Position numbers and translations under genes: made by a program. A DNA stretch of 58,390 bases from Candidatus Woesearchaeota archaeon (GTDB lineage: Archaea; Nanobdellota; Nanobdellia; Woesearchaeales; JAWBMQ01): NCBI GenBank assembly GCA_038825875.1, contig JAWBOS010000005.1, forward strand, positions 1 through 58,390. Reading direction: 5' to 3'. Positions 9,014 through 18,569 of the stretch are shown here, piece after piece. How positions within the stretch are numbered: the first letter of the stretch is position 1; each line of letters begins with the position of its first letter. The notes under the pieces are model-generated. The model was not told the origin of the DNA. It searched no databases and worked only from the letters and a program-made list of their open reading frames with translations.

Positions 9014-10294
9014 TTAATTTAGAAAACTGAGAAAATTTGATGAAGGATTTATTTCATGAGATATAGGTGATAACATCAATTTCCTTACTTCTTCAGGATT
9101 TTTTGTTTTTCCTAGTGCCCAACATAGTTTTACATAAGCTACTTCAGGAATCATATCTTGTGCAAAAATACATCCTAAGCTAAGCAATTTTCTTAGATTA
9201 GAATACACAGCAGGATGTACCCTACCATACAAAGTTTGCGAAGTTATTACTACAACAATTCCTGATTGTATTGCTTTTTCAATTTTACTTACGATTTCTT
9301 TTCTACAATTTGTAGGAACATGACCTAATCCTGTCCCTTGAATTACTAATCCTTTATAACCTCTGTCGATAAAGAAGTCAACAATCTCAGGATCCATATT
9401 GGGATGTACATAAATGAATCCAACTTTCTCTTCAAAACTCAGATCTAATATGGGAATTTTATCATTTCTTAAATTTACATTATTACTCATTAAATCTATT
9501 TTTCCATCGGGATATATCTTAGCAATTGGTAGAGAATTTATGCTTCGAAAAGCATCTCTTCTTGACGTATGCATTTTTCTTACTCTAGTTCCAAAGTGCC
9601 ACAGACAATAGTCATCATTGCTACTTCCATGCATGACAATTCCTATCTCAGCAATACTACTTTTTGCAGCTATTGCACTACAAATTAAATTGATCTTTGC
9701 ATCAGTACTGGGACGATCAAGAGATCTCTGCGCACCTGTTAATATTACTGGCTTATTTAAATTTTGCAAAAAGAAAGAAAGAATTGAAGCAGTATAACTC
9801 ATCGTATCGGTACCATGAGTTATAATAACACCTTCAACATTGTTGTCTATTAGATTGTTGTAAACTTCTCTTGCAATCGCCATCCAATCTTCAGGTAGAA
9901 AATCTTCGCTCATTTTGTTCATGAATCCTATTGGATAAATATTGTAATCATTTAATTCTGGAAATTTTTTCAAGAAGTTTTGTACATCATACTTTGCAGA
10001 AACACCACCAGTTTCATAGTCAATTTTTGAGCTAATAGTTCCTCCTACAGCAATTAAGGTAATTCTTTTTTCTGGAATTTTTATTAGATTAGATTCACTC
10101 TTTACTTGTGTTCTTTTTTCAGATATTTTTTCTATTGAAAGAATATTTTTCTTATTGATTCCTATATTATATCCAGATTCTAGTTTTATTGTTATTATTT
10201 CGTCATCTAAAGTCTTAGGTCTTTCAATAATCATTCCTTCAAAAGTTGAGTCCTTTGTTGTTATTTTAACATAATCTCCAGGATTAATATTCAT
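9014..10294 (-). CDS. gatD: Glutamyl-tRNA(Gln) amidotransferase subunit D
   Basis: IKLESGYNIG N-domain, GGTISSKIDYETGGV, HGTDTM, GAQRSLDRPSTD, RKMHTSRRDAF. Confidence 0.95.
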   Translation of the reverse strand: MNINPGDYVKITTKDSTFEGMIIERPKTLDDEIITIKLESGYNIGINKKNILSIEKISEKRTQVKSESNLIKIPEKRITLIAVGGTISSKIDYETGGVSAKYDVQNFLKKFPELNDYNIYPIGFMNKMSEDFLPEDWMAIAREVYNNLIDNNVEGVIITHGTDTMSYTASILSFFLQNLNKPVILTGAQRSLDRPSTDAKINLICSAIAAKSSIAEIGIVMHGSSNDDYCLWHFGTRVRKMHTSRRDAFRSINSLPIAKIYPDGKIDLMSNNVNLRNDKIPILDLSFEEKVGFIYVHPNMDPEIVDFFIDRGYKGLVIQGTGLGHVPTNCRKEIVSKIEKAIQSGIVVVITSQTLYGRVHPAVYSNLRKLLSLGCIFAQDMIPEVAYVKLCWALGKTKNPEEVRKLMLSPISHEINPSSNFLSFLN

Positions 10295-10344
10295 GGCAAT
10301 GTAAAATAGCATAGAATATATAAAAGTTTGTATATTTGAAAAAT

Positions 10345-10418
10345 TGGACCCATGGGGATTTGAACCCCAATCAACCGGTCCGAAGCCGGCCGCACTATCC
10401 TGGTTATGCTATGGGTCC
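10345..10418 (-). tRNA. tRNA-Arg(TCG), no intron, CCA not encoded
   Basis: GGACCCA/TGGGTCC acceptor stem, anticodon arm GCCGG-CTTCGGA-CCGGT, T arm GGGG-TTCAAAT-CCCC. Confidence 0.93.
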
Positions 10419-10542
10419 TATGAGCTAAGAAAGAAAACTTAATTTTTAAATTTTGTCAGAAAAAAAGTATTGTCCTAAATATTCTTAAAAAAATTTTAGA
10501 TAATAAAAAAATTAATGAAAATTAATACAAAAAGAAAAAAAA

Positions 10543-11544
<1,002 letters not shown>

Positions 11545-11611
11545 CTAGAATTTTATTGTAATTTAATAAATTAAAATTTTTATAATCACTAAATAAGAAT
11601 AACAACAAGTC

Positions 11612-12205
11612 CTATTCTTCAAAAATAGGTCTCTTAACAAAAATCAATTTTTTTTCTTCAAGGGGAGAATATCTTAGCAGTGAATACCCATTTATACCTT
11701 CAATTGGCTCTTCTACACTTATCTTCTCTACTTTCGGATTTCCTAAAAAAAGATACTCTGCAAATTTTTCTATATGTGGCTTATATCTTTGATCCTTAGA
11801 GAAGTTATCAAAAAATTCCCTTAGAGGAGTACCTTTAAGAAGCATGTCTACTTTATCTACGTAAAGATCAACTCCAAGAAGTAATCCTAAAGCACTTTTA
11901 GGTTGATATGCATAATATAAAGTCATTAAAGGAACGGTTTGATTTGGTTTAATGTATGAAATATCACAGATGCCTAGGTTATAGTTTTGAAAAGATGATT
12001 TTTTTAGCATTTTTTCATTTTTTAGATATGCTCTTTCAAAGTCTGTATAGGTAGAATAGTTATCTAATTCATATACATATATTCCTACATTAGAGGAAGA
12101 ATTCATTCTTAACAAAAAACCTTCATTTACTATTGCTTCTCCACAACCCATACACATTCTTTCCAGATCAAGCACTATTCTTTTTTTCTCATTGTTCTGA
12201 TTCAT
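11612..12205 (-). CDS. Hypothetical protein, paralog of 12383..12973
   Basis: 197 aa with collinear motif similarity to the neighbour across tRNA-Leu. Confidence 0.65.
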   Translation of the reverse strand: MNQNNEKKRIVLDLERMCMGCGEAIVNEGFLLRMNSSSNVGIYVYELDNYSTYTDFERAYLKNEKMLKKSSFQNYNLGICDISYIKPNQTVPLMTLYYAYQPKSALGLLLGVDLYVDKVDMLLKGTPLREFFDNFSKDQRYKPHIEKFAEYLFLGNPKVEKISVEEPIEGINGYSLLRYSPLEEKKLIFVKRPIFEE

Positions 12206-12315
12206 TGTATCTTTCGAGTAGTAACATATATTTAAAGATTATGAAGGAAAAATATTTATTTTTTAATATATAAATTTTTTTATCTAAAAGTAAATTCAAA
12301 TTAGTTTTTTAGTTT

Positions 12316-12401
12316 GCGGAGGTCCCCTAGTCTGGTCTATGGGGGCTGGTTCAGGGCCAGTTGGCTAAGTGCCATCGCCGGTTCAAATCCGGCCCTCCGC
12401 A
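12316..12401 (+). tRNA. tRNA-Leu(CAG), long variable arm, CCA not encoded
   Basis: GCGGAGG/CCTCCGC-A acceptor, GCTGG-TTCAGGG-CCAGT anticodon arm, TGGC-TAAGT-GCCA variable arm, GCCGG-TTCAAAT-CCGGC T arm. Confidence 0.93.
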
Positions 12402-12973
12402 TTAGTTATTTTTTTTACATTGAACTCATATAAATCATATTTACAAGGAAGGTATTTGTAGATTCTCTCAGTTACTTCATAAGTTTCATTTTCATCCTCT
12501 CTTAATATCAAGAATTCTTCTTCAATCTTAGGTTCTGTAGTTAGGAGATAGTTTTCTAAGATTTTTCCAAGTTGATAATCTGCATCATACATAGATCTAA
12601 TAAATTTATTAATAGGAGTTGATTTCTTTAATATGTCAAATTGCTTAGTGTATATTTCAATTGATAAAACTTTGCCTATTTTTTCACTAGAATTAAGGTA
12701 ATATATTGTTAGAATTGGTTTCTCGTCTTGCTTATCTATTGCCTGAACTAATCCAATGATTTCTTCACTATCTTCAAGAAATTTTTCTCTTTTTGGTTCT
12801 TCAATATAGATATAGAAATCTTTATGATTTTTTGGTTTTGTTAAAAATGTTTCTCCATCAAAAATAATTCCACCATAATAATTAATTAACTTTTCAAGAT
12901 CTATCGAAACTCGAATTTTGTTGCTGTTAGATGTGGCCTTCTTTTCTTCTGGTTTTTCATAGAAATCTGTCAT
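12383..12973 (-). CDS. Hypothetical protein, paralog of 11612..12205; 3' end overlaps tRNA-Leu antisense
   Basis: 196 aa. TTTATAAA box ~25-30 nt upstream. The last codons lie within the tRNA 3' end. Confidence 0.65.
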   Translation of the reverse strand: MTDFYEKPEEKKATSNSNKIRVSIDLEKLINYYGGIIFDGETFLTKPKNHKDFYIYIEEPKREKFLEDSEEIIGLVQAIDKQDEKPILTIYYLNSSEKIGKVLSIEIYTKQFDILKKSTPINKFIRSMYDADYQLGKILENYLLTTEPKIEEEFLILREDENETYEVTERIYKYLPCKYDLYEFNVKKITNAEGRI

Positions 12974-13080
12974 GATACTATTGAATAGTGATTACTTATT
13001 TATAAAATTTTTTAAGATCTAAAAATGAATCAAGAATAAAAAAACAAAATTTTATTAACGTTTGGTTTTATTTGTTTATC

Positions 13081-14820
13081 ATGGGAAAAATAATTCAGCT
13101 TCCAATAGAAGTTATTAATAAAATTGCAGCAGGCGAGGTCATTGAAAGACCAGCCAATGTGGTTAAGGAATTAGTAGAAAATTCCATAGATGCAAATGCC
13201 ACTGAAATTATTGTAGAGATTGAAAAAAGCGGAAAGAAAAAGATATTAGTAAAGGATAATGGAGAAGGTATGAGTAGGGAAGATGCAATTCTTGCAGTAG
13301 AAAAACATACAACTTCCAAAATAAAGACATTTGAAGATATTTACAAAATTTATTCTTATGGCTTTAGAGGAGAAGCACTGAGTAGTATTGCAAGTGTTAG
13401 TAAATTTGAATTGTTAACTAATAACGGAAATGAATGTACCAAGATAACTGTTGAAAATAATGTAAAAAAAATTGATAGTTGTAATATTGAAAAAGGTACT
13501 ATTGTTATTGTCAAAGATTTGTTCTTTAATCTTCCAGTAAGAAGGAAGTATCTGAAAAGTGATAATGTCGAAATGAAGCATATATTGGATTGTGTAATTA
13601 ATTACGCATTAGTGCATCCAGAGATTTCTTTTAAGGTTATTGCAGATCAAAAAGTTGTTTTACATGCCCCTAAAACAAACACCTTGAAGGATAAAGTTGT
13701 TATGATTTTTGGCTTGAATTATGCAAAAAATTCCATGGAAATAAATTATACAGAGGAAGGGATTCATGTAGAAGGTTTGATAGGAAATAAGAATTTGACA
13801 AAAAAATCAAAATCCGATATGTATTTCTTTGTTAATAATAGGCCAGTAAAAAGTGAAGTTATTGAAAAAAGCATCAAAGAAGGCTATTCTCCATATCTTA
13901 CTAAAGATGAATATCCCTTTGCAATAATCAAGATTACTCTTGATCCAGAATTAATTGATCCAAATGTTCATCCAAAAAAGGAAACTATCATTTTTTTTGA
14001 GCCAGAAAAAATATTTTCTGCTATATTTTCAGCTATAAAACTAAAATTAATTGATATTGATGAAAAAAAATTTGTGAGATATGAAAAAACCCAAATAAGC
14101 TTAGACCAAAGTGTTGAATCAAGAGAAAAAGCATCCTTAGAGCATCTTGAAGAAATAATAAAAGAGATTCGAAATGAAAAAACAGAACAAAAGGAATTGC
14201 TTCAAATTCCTCAAATAAAGCCACTTTCTCAAGAAATAAAATGGCCAGAATTCCTTAACTGGGAGTATTTGGGACAATTTGCAAATACATATCTAATTTT
14301 TGCTTATCAGCAGGATCTATACTTTGTAGATCAACATCTTATAGAAGAAAGATACAATTATGAAACACTCCAGAACAAAAAAAATATCTCGCAACAATTA
14401 ATACAACCTATAATAATTGATGTAAATAAGAAGGACTATTATCTCTTAAAAGAATCTCTAAACATTCTAAATGAATTAGGATTTGAAATAGAAGAATTGA
14501 AAGAAAAATTTGTTATAAGAAGTGTTCCTGATATCTTAAAGCAAGTTCCTTCTGAAGAAAAAGAGAAAATAGTAAAAGAGATTGTTGAGGAATTTGTGGA
14601 TTTAAGAAAGACTCTAACAATTGATAAGATCCATGATGAATTCTTAAAGACAATTGCTTGTAAAGTTTCTTTAAAAAGTGGAGTAAAGATTGATCCATAT
14701 CGTGTTAAAATTTTAATAAATAAATTAGCAAGATGTCAACAACCATATACATGTCCACATGGAAGACCTATAATTGTAAAATTTTCAAAATCAGAAATTG
14801 ACAAGCTTTTCAAGAGATGA
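13081..14820 (+). CDS. mutL: DNA mismatch repair endonuclease MutL
   Basis: IAAGEVIERPANVVKELVENSIDA, GFRGEALSSIA, DPNVHPKK, DQHLIEERYNYE, ACK, CPHGRP. Confidence 0.97.
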   Translation: MGKIIQLPIEVINKIAAGEVIERPANVVKELVENSIDANATEIIVEIEKSGKKKILVKDNGEGMSREDAILAVEKHTTSKIKTFEDIYKIYSYGFRGEALSSIASVSKFELLTNNGNECTKITVENNVKKIDSCNIEKGTIVIVKDLFFNLPVRRKYLKSDNVEMKHILDCVINYALVHPEISFKVIADQKVVLHAPKTNTLKDKVVMIFGLNYAKNSMEINYTEEGIHVEGLIGNKNLTKKSKSDMYFFVNNRPVKSEVIEKSIKEGYSPYLTKDEYPFAIIKITLDPELIDPNVHPKKETIIFFEPEKIFSAIFSAIKLKLIDIDEKKFVRYEKTQISLDQSVESREKASLEHLEEIIKEIRNEKTEQKELLQIPQIKPLSQEIKWPEFLNWEYLGQFANTYLIFAYQQDLYFVDQHLIEERYNYETLQNKKNISQQLIQPIIIDVNKKDYYLLKESLNILNELGFEIEELKEKFVIRSVPDILKQVPSEEKEKIVKEIVEEFVDLRKTLTIDKIHDEFLKTIACKVSLKSGVKIDPYRVKILINKLARCQQPYTCPHGRPIIVKFSKSEIDKLFKR

Positions 14821-14823
14821 ACG

Positions 14824-15798
14824 TTATTTCCAAGTTACAATTACGTCATCTGTTCTTTCGTAAGGTCTAATTATGATTTCAGGATCCTCGCCTCTAGAAT
14901 TATACTCTAACCATCCTTGCCAAGCAATCATAACTCCGTTATCTGGTAGAACATCTCTTCTTGGCACTGCAAACTTTGCGTTTCTTTGCTCTGCCATTAT
15001 TCTTACCATCTCTTGCAATCTTGAATTAAGAGCAACTCCTCCTCCAAGTATGACTGCTTCTCTTCCTAAATGAGCCATAGCTCTTTCTGTTACTTCAACT
15101 AACATTGCAAAAACAACCTCTTGCAGAGAATAACAAAGATCCTCTAGTTTCTCTTCATTTAGCTTTTTTATTAGATAAGTATATATTCCTGAAAAAGAGA
15201 CATCCATTCCTTTAACAGAATATGGAAGTTGTATGAATTTATTACCCTTTTTGGCTAATTCCTCTATCTTAGGACCTCCCGGAAAACCCAATCCTGCTTC
15301 TCGAGCAAAAGAATCTATGAAGTTTCCTACACCCATATCTAATGTTTCTCCAAATATTCTGTATTTTTTTTCATCGTAAGCTATAATTTGAGTGTTTGCT
15401 CCTGAAACATAAAGTAATACAGGATCCTTTATGCCAGTTGTTAGTTCCCCAATAGTTAAATGTGCTATGCAATGATTTACTCCTACAACGGGTTTATTAA
15501 ATAATTCTCTTATGGATTGTGCAACAAAACAGCCAATTCTTAGTGCATGTCCAATTCCTGGTCCGCGAGAATATGCAACCAAATCAATATCCTTTAATGA
15601 TAGATTTGCTTTTTCCAATGCTCTTCTTAAAACACTTTCATAAACTTTAACATGATGTTCAGAAAGTTCACTAGGAATCATTCCAGTAGTTGATGAATAA
15701 ACATCTTTTTCATTAGCCAAAATGTTTCCTTCACTGTCTACGATGCCTATTCCAAAAGTATGAGCTGTGCTTTCTATCCCTAAAATGTAATAAACCAT
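14824..15798 (-). CDS. kae1: tRNA N6-threonylcarbamoyltransferase Kae1 (stand-alone)
   Basis: LGIESTAHT, GPGIGHAL, VNHCIAH, YVSGANTQ, FGETLD, DNGVMIAW. Confidence 0.95.
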   Translation of the reverse strand: MVYYILGIESTAHTFGIGIVDSEGNILANEKDVYSSTTGMIPSELSEHHVKVYESVLRRALEKANLSLKDIDLVAYSRGPGIGHALRIGCFVAQSIRELFNKPVVGVNHCIAHLTIGELTTGIKDPVLLYVSGANTQIIAYDEKKYRIFGETLDMGVGNFIDSFAREAGLGFPGGPKIEELAKKGNKFIQLPYSVKGMDVSFSGIYTYLIKKLNEEKLEDLCYSLQEVVFAMLVEVTERAMAHLGREAVILGGGVALNSRLQEMVRIMAEQRNAKFAVPRRDVLPDNGVMIAWQGWLEYNSRGEDPEIIIRPYERTDDVIVTWK

Positions 15799-15857
15799 TT
15801 TTTTATAGATATTGATAAACAAAAAAATTTTTAAATACTTGCATTTTCAAAACCAAG

Positions 15858-16124
15858 ATGAATCTCAAAATTTTAGAAGAAAAGAACAATAAGTTAATAT
15901 TTGAGTTAGATACAAATTATGCGATTGCAGAATTGTTGATTAGTGAGTTAAGAAATGATAAAAATGTAAACCTTGCAACATATAATCGAGATCATCCTCA
16001 AATTGAAATTATAAGGTTCATAATAGAAGGTAAGGATCCTAAAAAATCAATAAAAGAAGCTCTAAAAAGATTAAGAGAGACACTAAAATCTTCTCTTAAC
16101 GAAATAGAGGAAAAGATTGAATAA
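15858..16124 (+). CDS. rpoL: RNA polymerase subunit L (Rpo11)
   Basis: 88 aa, MNLKILEEKNNKLIFEL...VNLATYNRDHP with a C-terminal helix. Confidence 0.8.
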   Translation: MNLKILEEKNNKLIFELDTNYAIAELLISELRNDKNVNLATYNRDHPQIEIIRFIIEGKDPKKSIKEALKRLRETLKSSLNEIEEKIE

Positions 16125-16135
16125 AAGGTGATCAT

Positions 16136-16444
16136 ATGAAATTTCCAAAAAATATGAGAAAATATTGTCCTTATTGCAAAAAATATACTGTTCATAAGGT
16201 TTTGGAAGTAAAAAAACATCAAGCAAGTTCATTGAGTAGAGGTTCAAAACATAGAGCAAAAAAAAGAGGATTAGCAAGAGGATTTGGTAACTTAGGAAGA
16301 TATTCAAAAAGACCAATAACTCAATGGAAACAGACAGGTGCAAAAAGTTCTAAGAAAATTGATATTCGACTTGAATGCAGCGAATGCAAAAAGAAACATA
16401 TATATAAGCATACATTTAGAACCAAAAAATTGGAAATTGCATAA
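16136..16444 (+). CDS. rpl44e: 50S ribosomal protein L44e (eL42)
   Basis: MKFPK...YCPYCKKYTVHKV...KKIDIRLECSECKK. GGTGA SD. Confidence 0.95.
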   Translation: MKFPKNMRKYCPYCKKYTVHKVLEVKKHQASSLSRGSKHRAKKRGLARGFGNLGRYSKRPITQWKQTGAKSSKKIDIRLECSECKKKHIYKHTFRTKKLEIA

Positions 16445-16515
16445 TTTTTGTTTTGTTTTTTGGTCTTTTTTATTCTATTATTACATTATTAGCCAAAAAC
16501 AAAAAAGAAAAAAAG
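16445..16515. terminator. Bidirectional oligo-T terminator region between convergent rpl44e and histone genes
   Basis: T-tracts on + (16445-16471) and A-tracts (16495-16514) forming an imperfect inverted repeat. Confidence 0.55.
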
Positions 16516-16522
16516 GATATAT

Positions 16523-16693
16523 TTATAGATCTTTTGCCATTACAGTTTTTCTTCCATTTGCTTTTGCTCTTTCTGCTGCTTTTTTGATTAAATTTCTCAC
16601 TTCTGCGTCTAATGCATCTGCAAAATCAGATGCAAAATTCATATCTGGAACTACTTCCTTGATCTTACTTTTGACAACAACTGTATCAGCCAT
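16523..16693 (-). CDS. Short histone-fold protein (56 aa), alpha3/face-to-face-like histone; not in ORF track
   Basis: Manual translation MADTVVVKSKIKEVVPDMNFASDFADALDAEVRNLIKKAAERAKANGRKTVMAKDL. RKTxxxxD histone motif, GGTGA SD, own TATA box. Confidence 0.9.
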   Translation of the reverse strand: MADTVVVKSKIKEVVPDMNFASDFADALDAEVRNLIKKAAERAKANGRKTVMAKDL

Positions 16694-16713
16694 AGTTTCA
16701 CCGTACTTAAAAT

Positions 16714-17904
16714 TTAATTAGAATTTATAAATTTTTCTAATGGTTGTTTATACGGTACAATTTTTGTAACAAAAACTGTGTTTTTACTATTTCCAACATT
16801 TAAATTAATTAAGGAAATTTTTGCATACTCCACATCCTTGTCAAGTATTACTACAATTGCAGTTTTTCCAGTAAAATACTTGATTTTCCAATCTTTGTTT
16901 TCTTGTTCCACAAGGGAATATTTACTGTTATTTTTTGCATTATACGCTAATCTTTTCCAGGTATTACCATCCTTAAATTCAATAGTATATATTCCTGAAC
17001 CTGAGAAATTTCCTGAAACAATAATAAAGTATTGATAATATTTTTTGTCCAATTCAAGTTCTTTTTTACTTACTGAAAATAATAAGCCCTTTACATTTGG
17101 CTCAACTATTGTATTTAATAGTTCTGATTCATTGAGTGCGGAATCATATTGTCTCTTTAATGCAACCTGTCTCCAGGCATATTGACTCTTTATTGAAAAA
17201 AATGTGGTAAAGAAATCACCTGTAGCAAAATATGCATAAATAGGACTGTATAGCCTTGTAAAGAAACCCCCTATCAATCCAACTAAACCTGTTTTGAAAA
17301 ACTCTACGTCTGGCCAAATATTGTTAAAAATACATTGTAACCCATCTAAAAAATTTACTCTGTAAGATATTGTATTAAATATTGTTAAAAAATTATAGAT
17401 AGATTTTTTTTGAGATTCTTGTTCTTTTGACTCTTGAACAAGTGCATTTAATCTTTTTACAATTAAATTCCTTAAGTTTTGAAGATCTGTACTAATCTGG
17501 GATTTAGCACTTAATTTTTGATTACAAGATTCATAGTAAGGAGTAATAAATGCGTAAATTCTATTCATAATAATTGAATTTTTTGAATTTTCTTTCATAG
17601 TACAGTTATCTTTATCACAACTAACAAAAACATCTAAAAATTTTTTTATATTTGATAATTTTTCATTAATATCACTGTCATAAGATGAATTGCATTTGAA
17701 GAAATATTCACCCAATTCTTCATGTGTCATTTGTAAATTATCTGATTTTAGTCTAAAATCAACTACATAACTAATTCTTGTTTTAGTAATTGGATCTTCA
17801 CCTTCCACTTTTTCTAATTCTAAATTTGTTGAAACTTCAAATGTTTGGGAAAATCCTGAAACTAAAAATAACAAGCCTATTAAAAAAATTATGACTCTTT
17901 TCAT
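16714..17904 (-). CDS. Secreted/membrane-associated hypothetical protein (surface operon gene 4)
   Basis: Sec signal MKRVIIFLIGLLFLVSGFS, Cys pairs, Gly-rich hydrophobic segment TGLVGLIGGFFTRLY. ATGA overlap with the upstream gene. Confidence 0.7.
   Translation of the reverse strand: MKRVIIFLIGLLFLVSGFSQTFEVSTNLELEKVEGEDPITKTRISYVVDFRLKSDNLQMTHEELGEYFFKCNSSYDSDINEKLSNIKKFLDVFVSCDKDNCTMKENSKNSIIMNRIYAFITPYYESCNQKLSAKSQISTDLQNLRNLIVKRLNALVQESKEQESQKKSIYNFLTIFNTISYRVNFLDGLQCIFNNIWPDVEFFKTGLVGLIGGFFTRLYSPIYAYFATGDFFTTFFSIKSQYAWRQVALKRQYDSALNESELLNTIVEPNVKGLLFSVSKKELELDKKYYQYFIIVSGNFSGSGIYTIEFKDGNTWKRLAYNAKNNSKYSLVEQENKDWKIKYFTGKTAIVVILDKDVEYAKISLINLNVGNSKNTVFVTKIVPYKQPLEKFINSN
16724..16738 (-). 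promoter_or_regulatory. BRE-TATA promoter of the histone gene, embedded in the 3' end of the upstream CDS
   Basis: Minus strand AGAAAAA-TTTATAAA about 31 nt upstream of ATG 16693. Confidence 0.6.
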
Positions 17905-18569
17905 TTTTTACACCCAAAAATAGCTGAAAGTTTTAAAATAGCAATGATTGAAATTACATCAAAAAGGTAAAACCCAAAAAGATTTTTTGAAAGAAAGAAA
18001 GCGAATCGAATTCCCAAATAGTTTATAAAAAAGATTATAACTAAAAATAGTAAACTTTTCCAACAGAAAAATTTCTTTTTAGTGAAGTACAAGGAGTAAC
18101 TAAAATTTACAAGAGTTAGGAGTATTGCAATTGTAAGAAGGATTACTACTGAACCCATTATTTGTACGTTTTTATCTGCGGGATTTGAAAAAAAGGTTCT
18201 TAACAAAAGTAAAAATGTTAGAGATATGCCTAAACTAATAAGATAAAATAAAAAAGAAATTGCAAAAGTTCTATAATTCGCAATGCTTCTTGTTAAAATG
18301 AAATACTGAATGAAGTATTTTATAAAGATAAAGAAAAAGATGGAAATCATTATGGAAATTAGCTCTCCTACTGTAGTGGAAAAAAACTCTAAATTTGCTC
18401 CTATATATGCTATAATCATCTTCTGTAAAAATAATCCAAAAAAGCTTGTTAAGAAAAGATAGATTAAATAAGAAAACATAAGAAAGTAAAAGTACACTTC
18501 TAATGTTTTCAACAAATTAGTTTTACTTAATACTTTTTTAGTTGATTTTTCCCGTTTCATTTTTATCAC
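17901..18569 (-). CDS. Polytopic membrane protein (~6 TM; surface operon gene 3)
   Basis: Hydrophobic throughout. Start GTG 18569 or ATG 18560. Confidence 0.7.
   Translation of the reverse strand: MIKMKREKSTKKVLSKTNLLKTLEVYFYFLMFSYLIYLFLTSFFGLFLQKMIIAYIGANLEFFSTTVGELISIMISIFFFIFIKYFIQYFILTRSIANYRTFAISFLFYLISLGISLTFLLLLRTFFSNPADKNVQIMGSVVILLTIAILLTLVNFSYSLYFTKKKFFCWKSLLFLVIIFFINYLGIRFAFFLSKNLFGFYLFDVISIIAILKLSAIFGCKK

Noticed and set aside
12316-12401. tRNA-Sec/opal suppressor reading (TTCA in the loop, long variable arm)
   Set aside because: The 5-bp stem and 7-nt loop TTCAGGG centre the anticodon on CAG. The 7-bp acceptor stem and A discriminator fit Leu.
16338-16721. 127-aa + strand ORF in the track
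   Set aside because: It overlaps rpl44e out of frame and is the antisense shadow of the histone gene.
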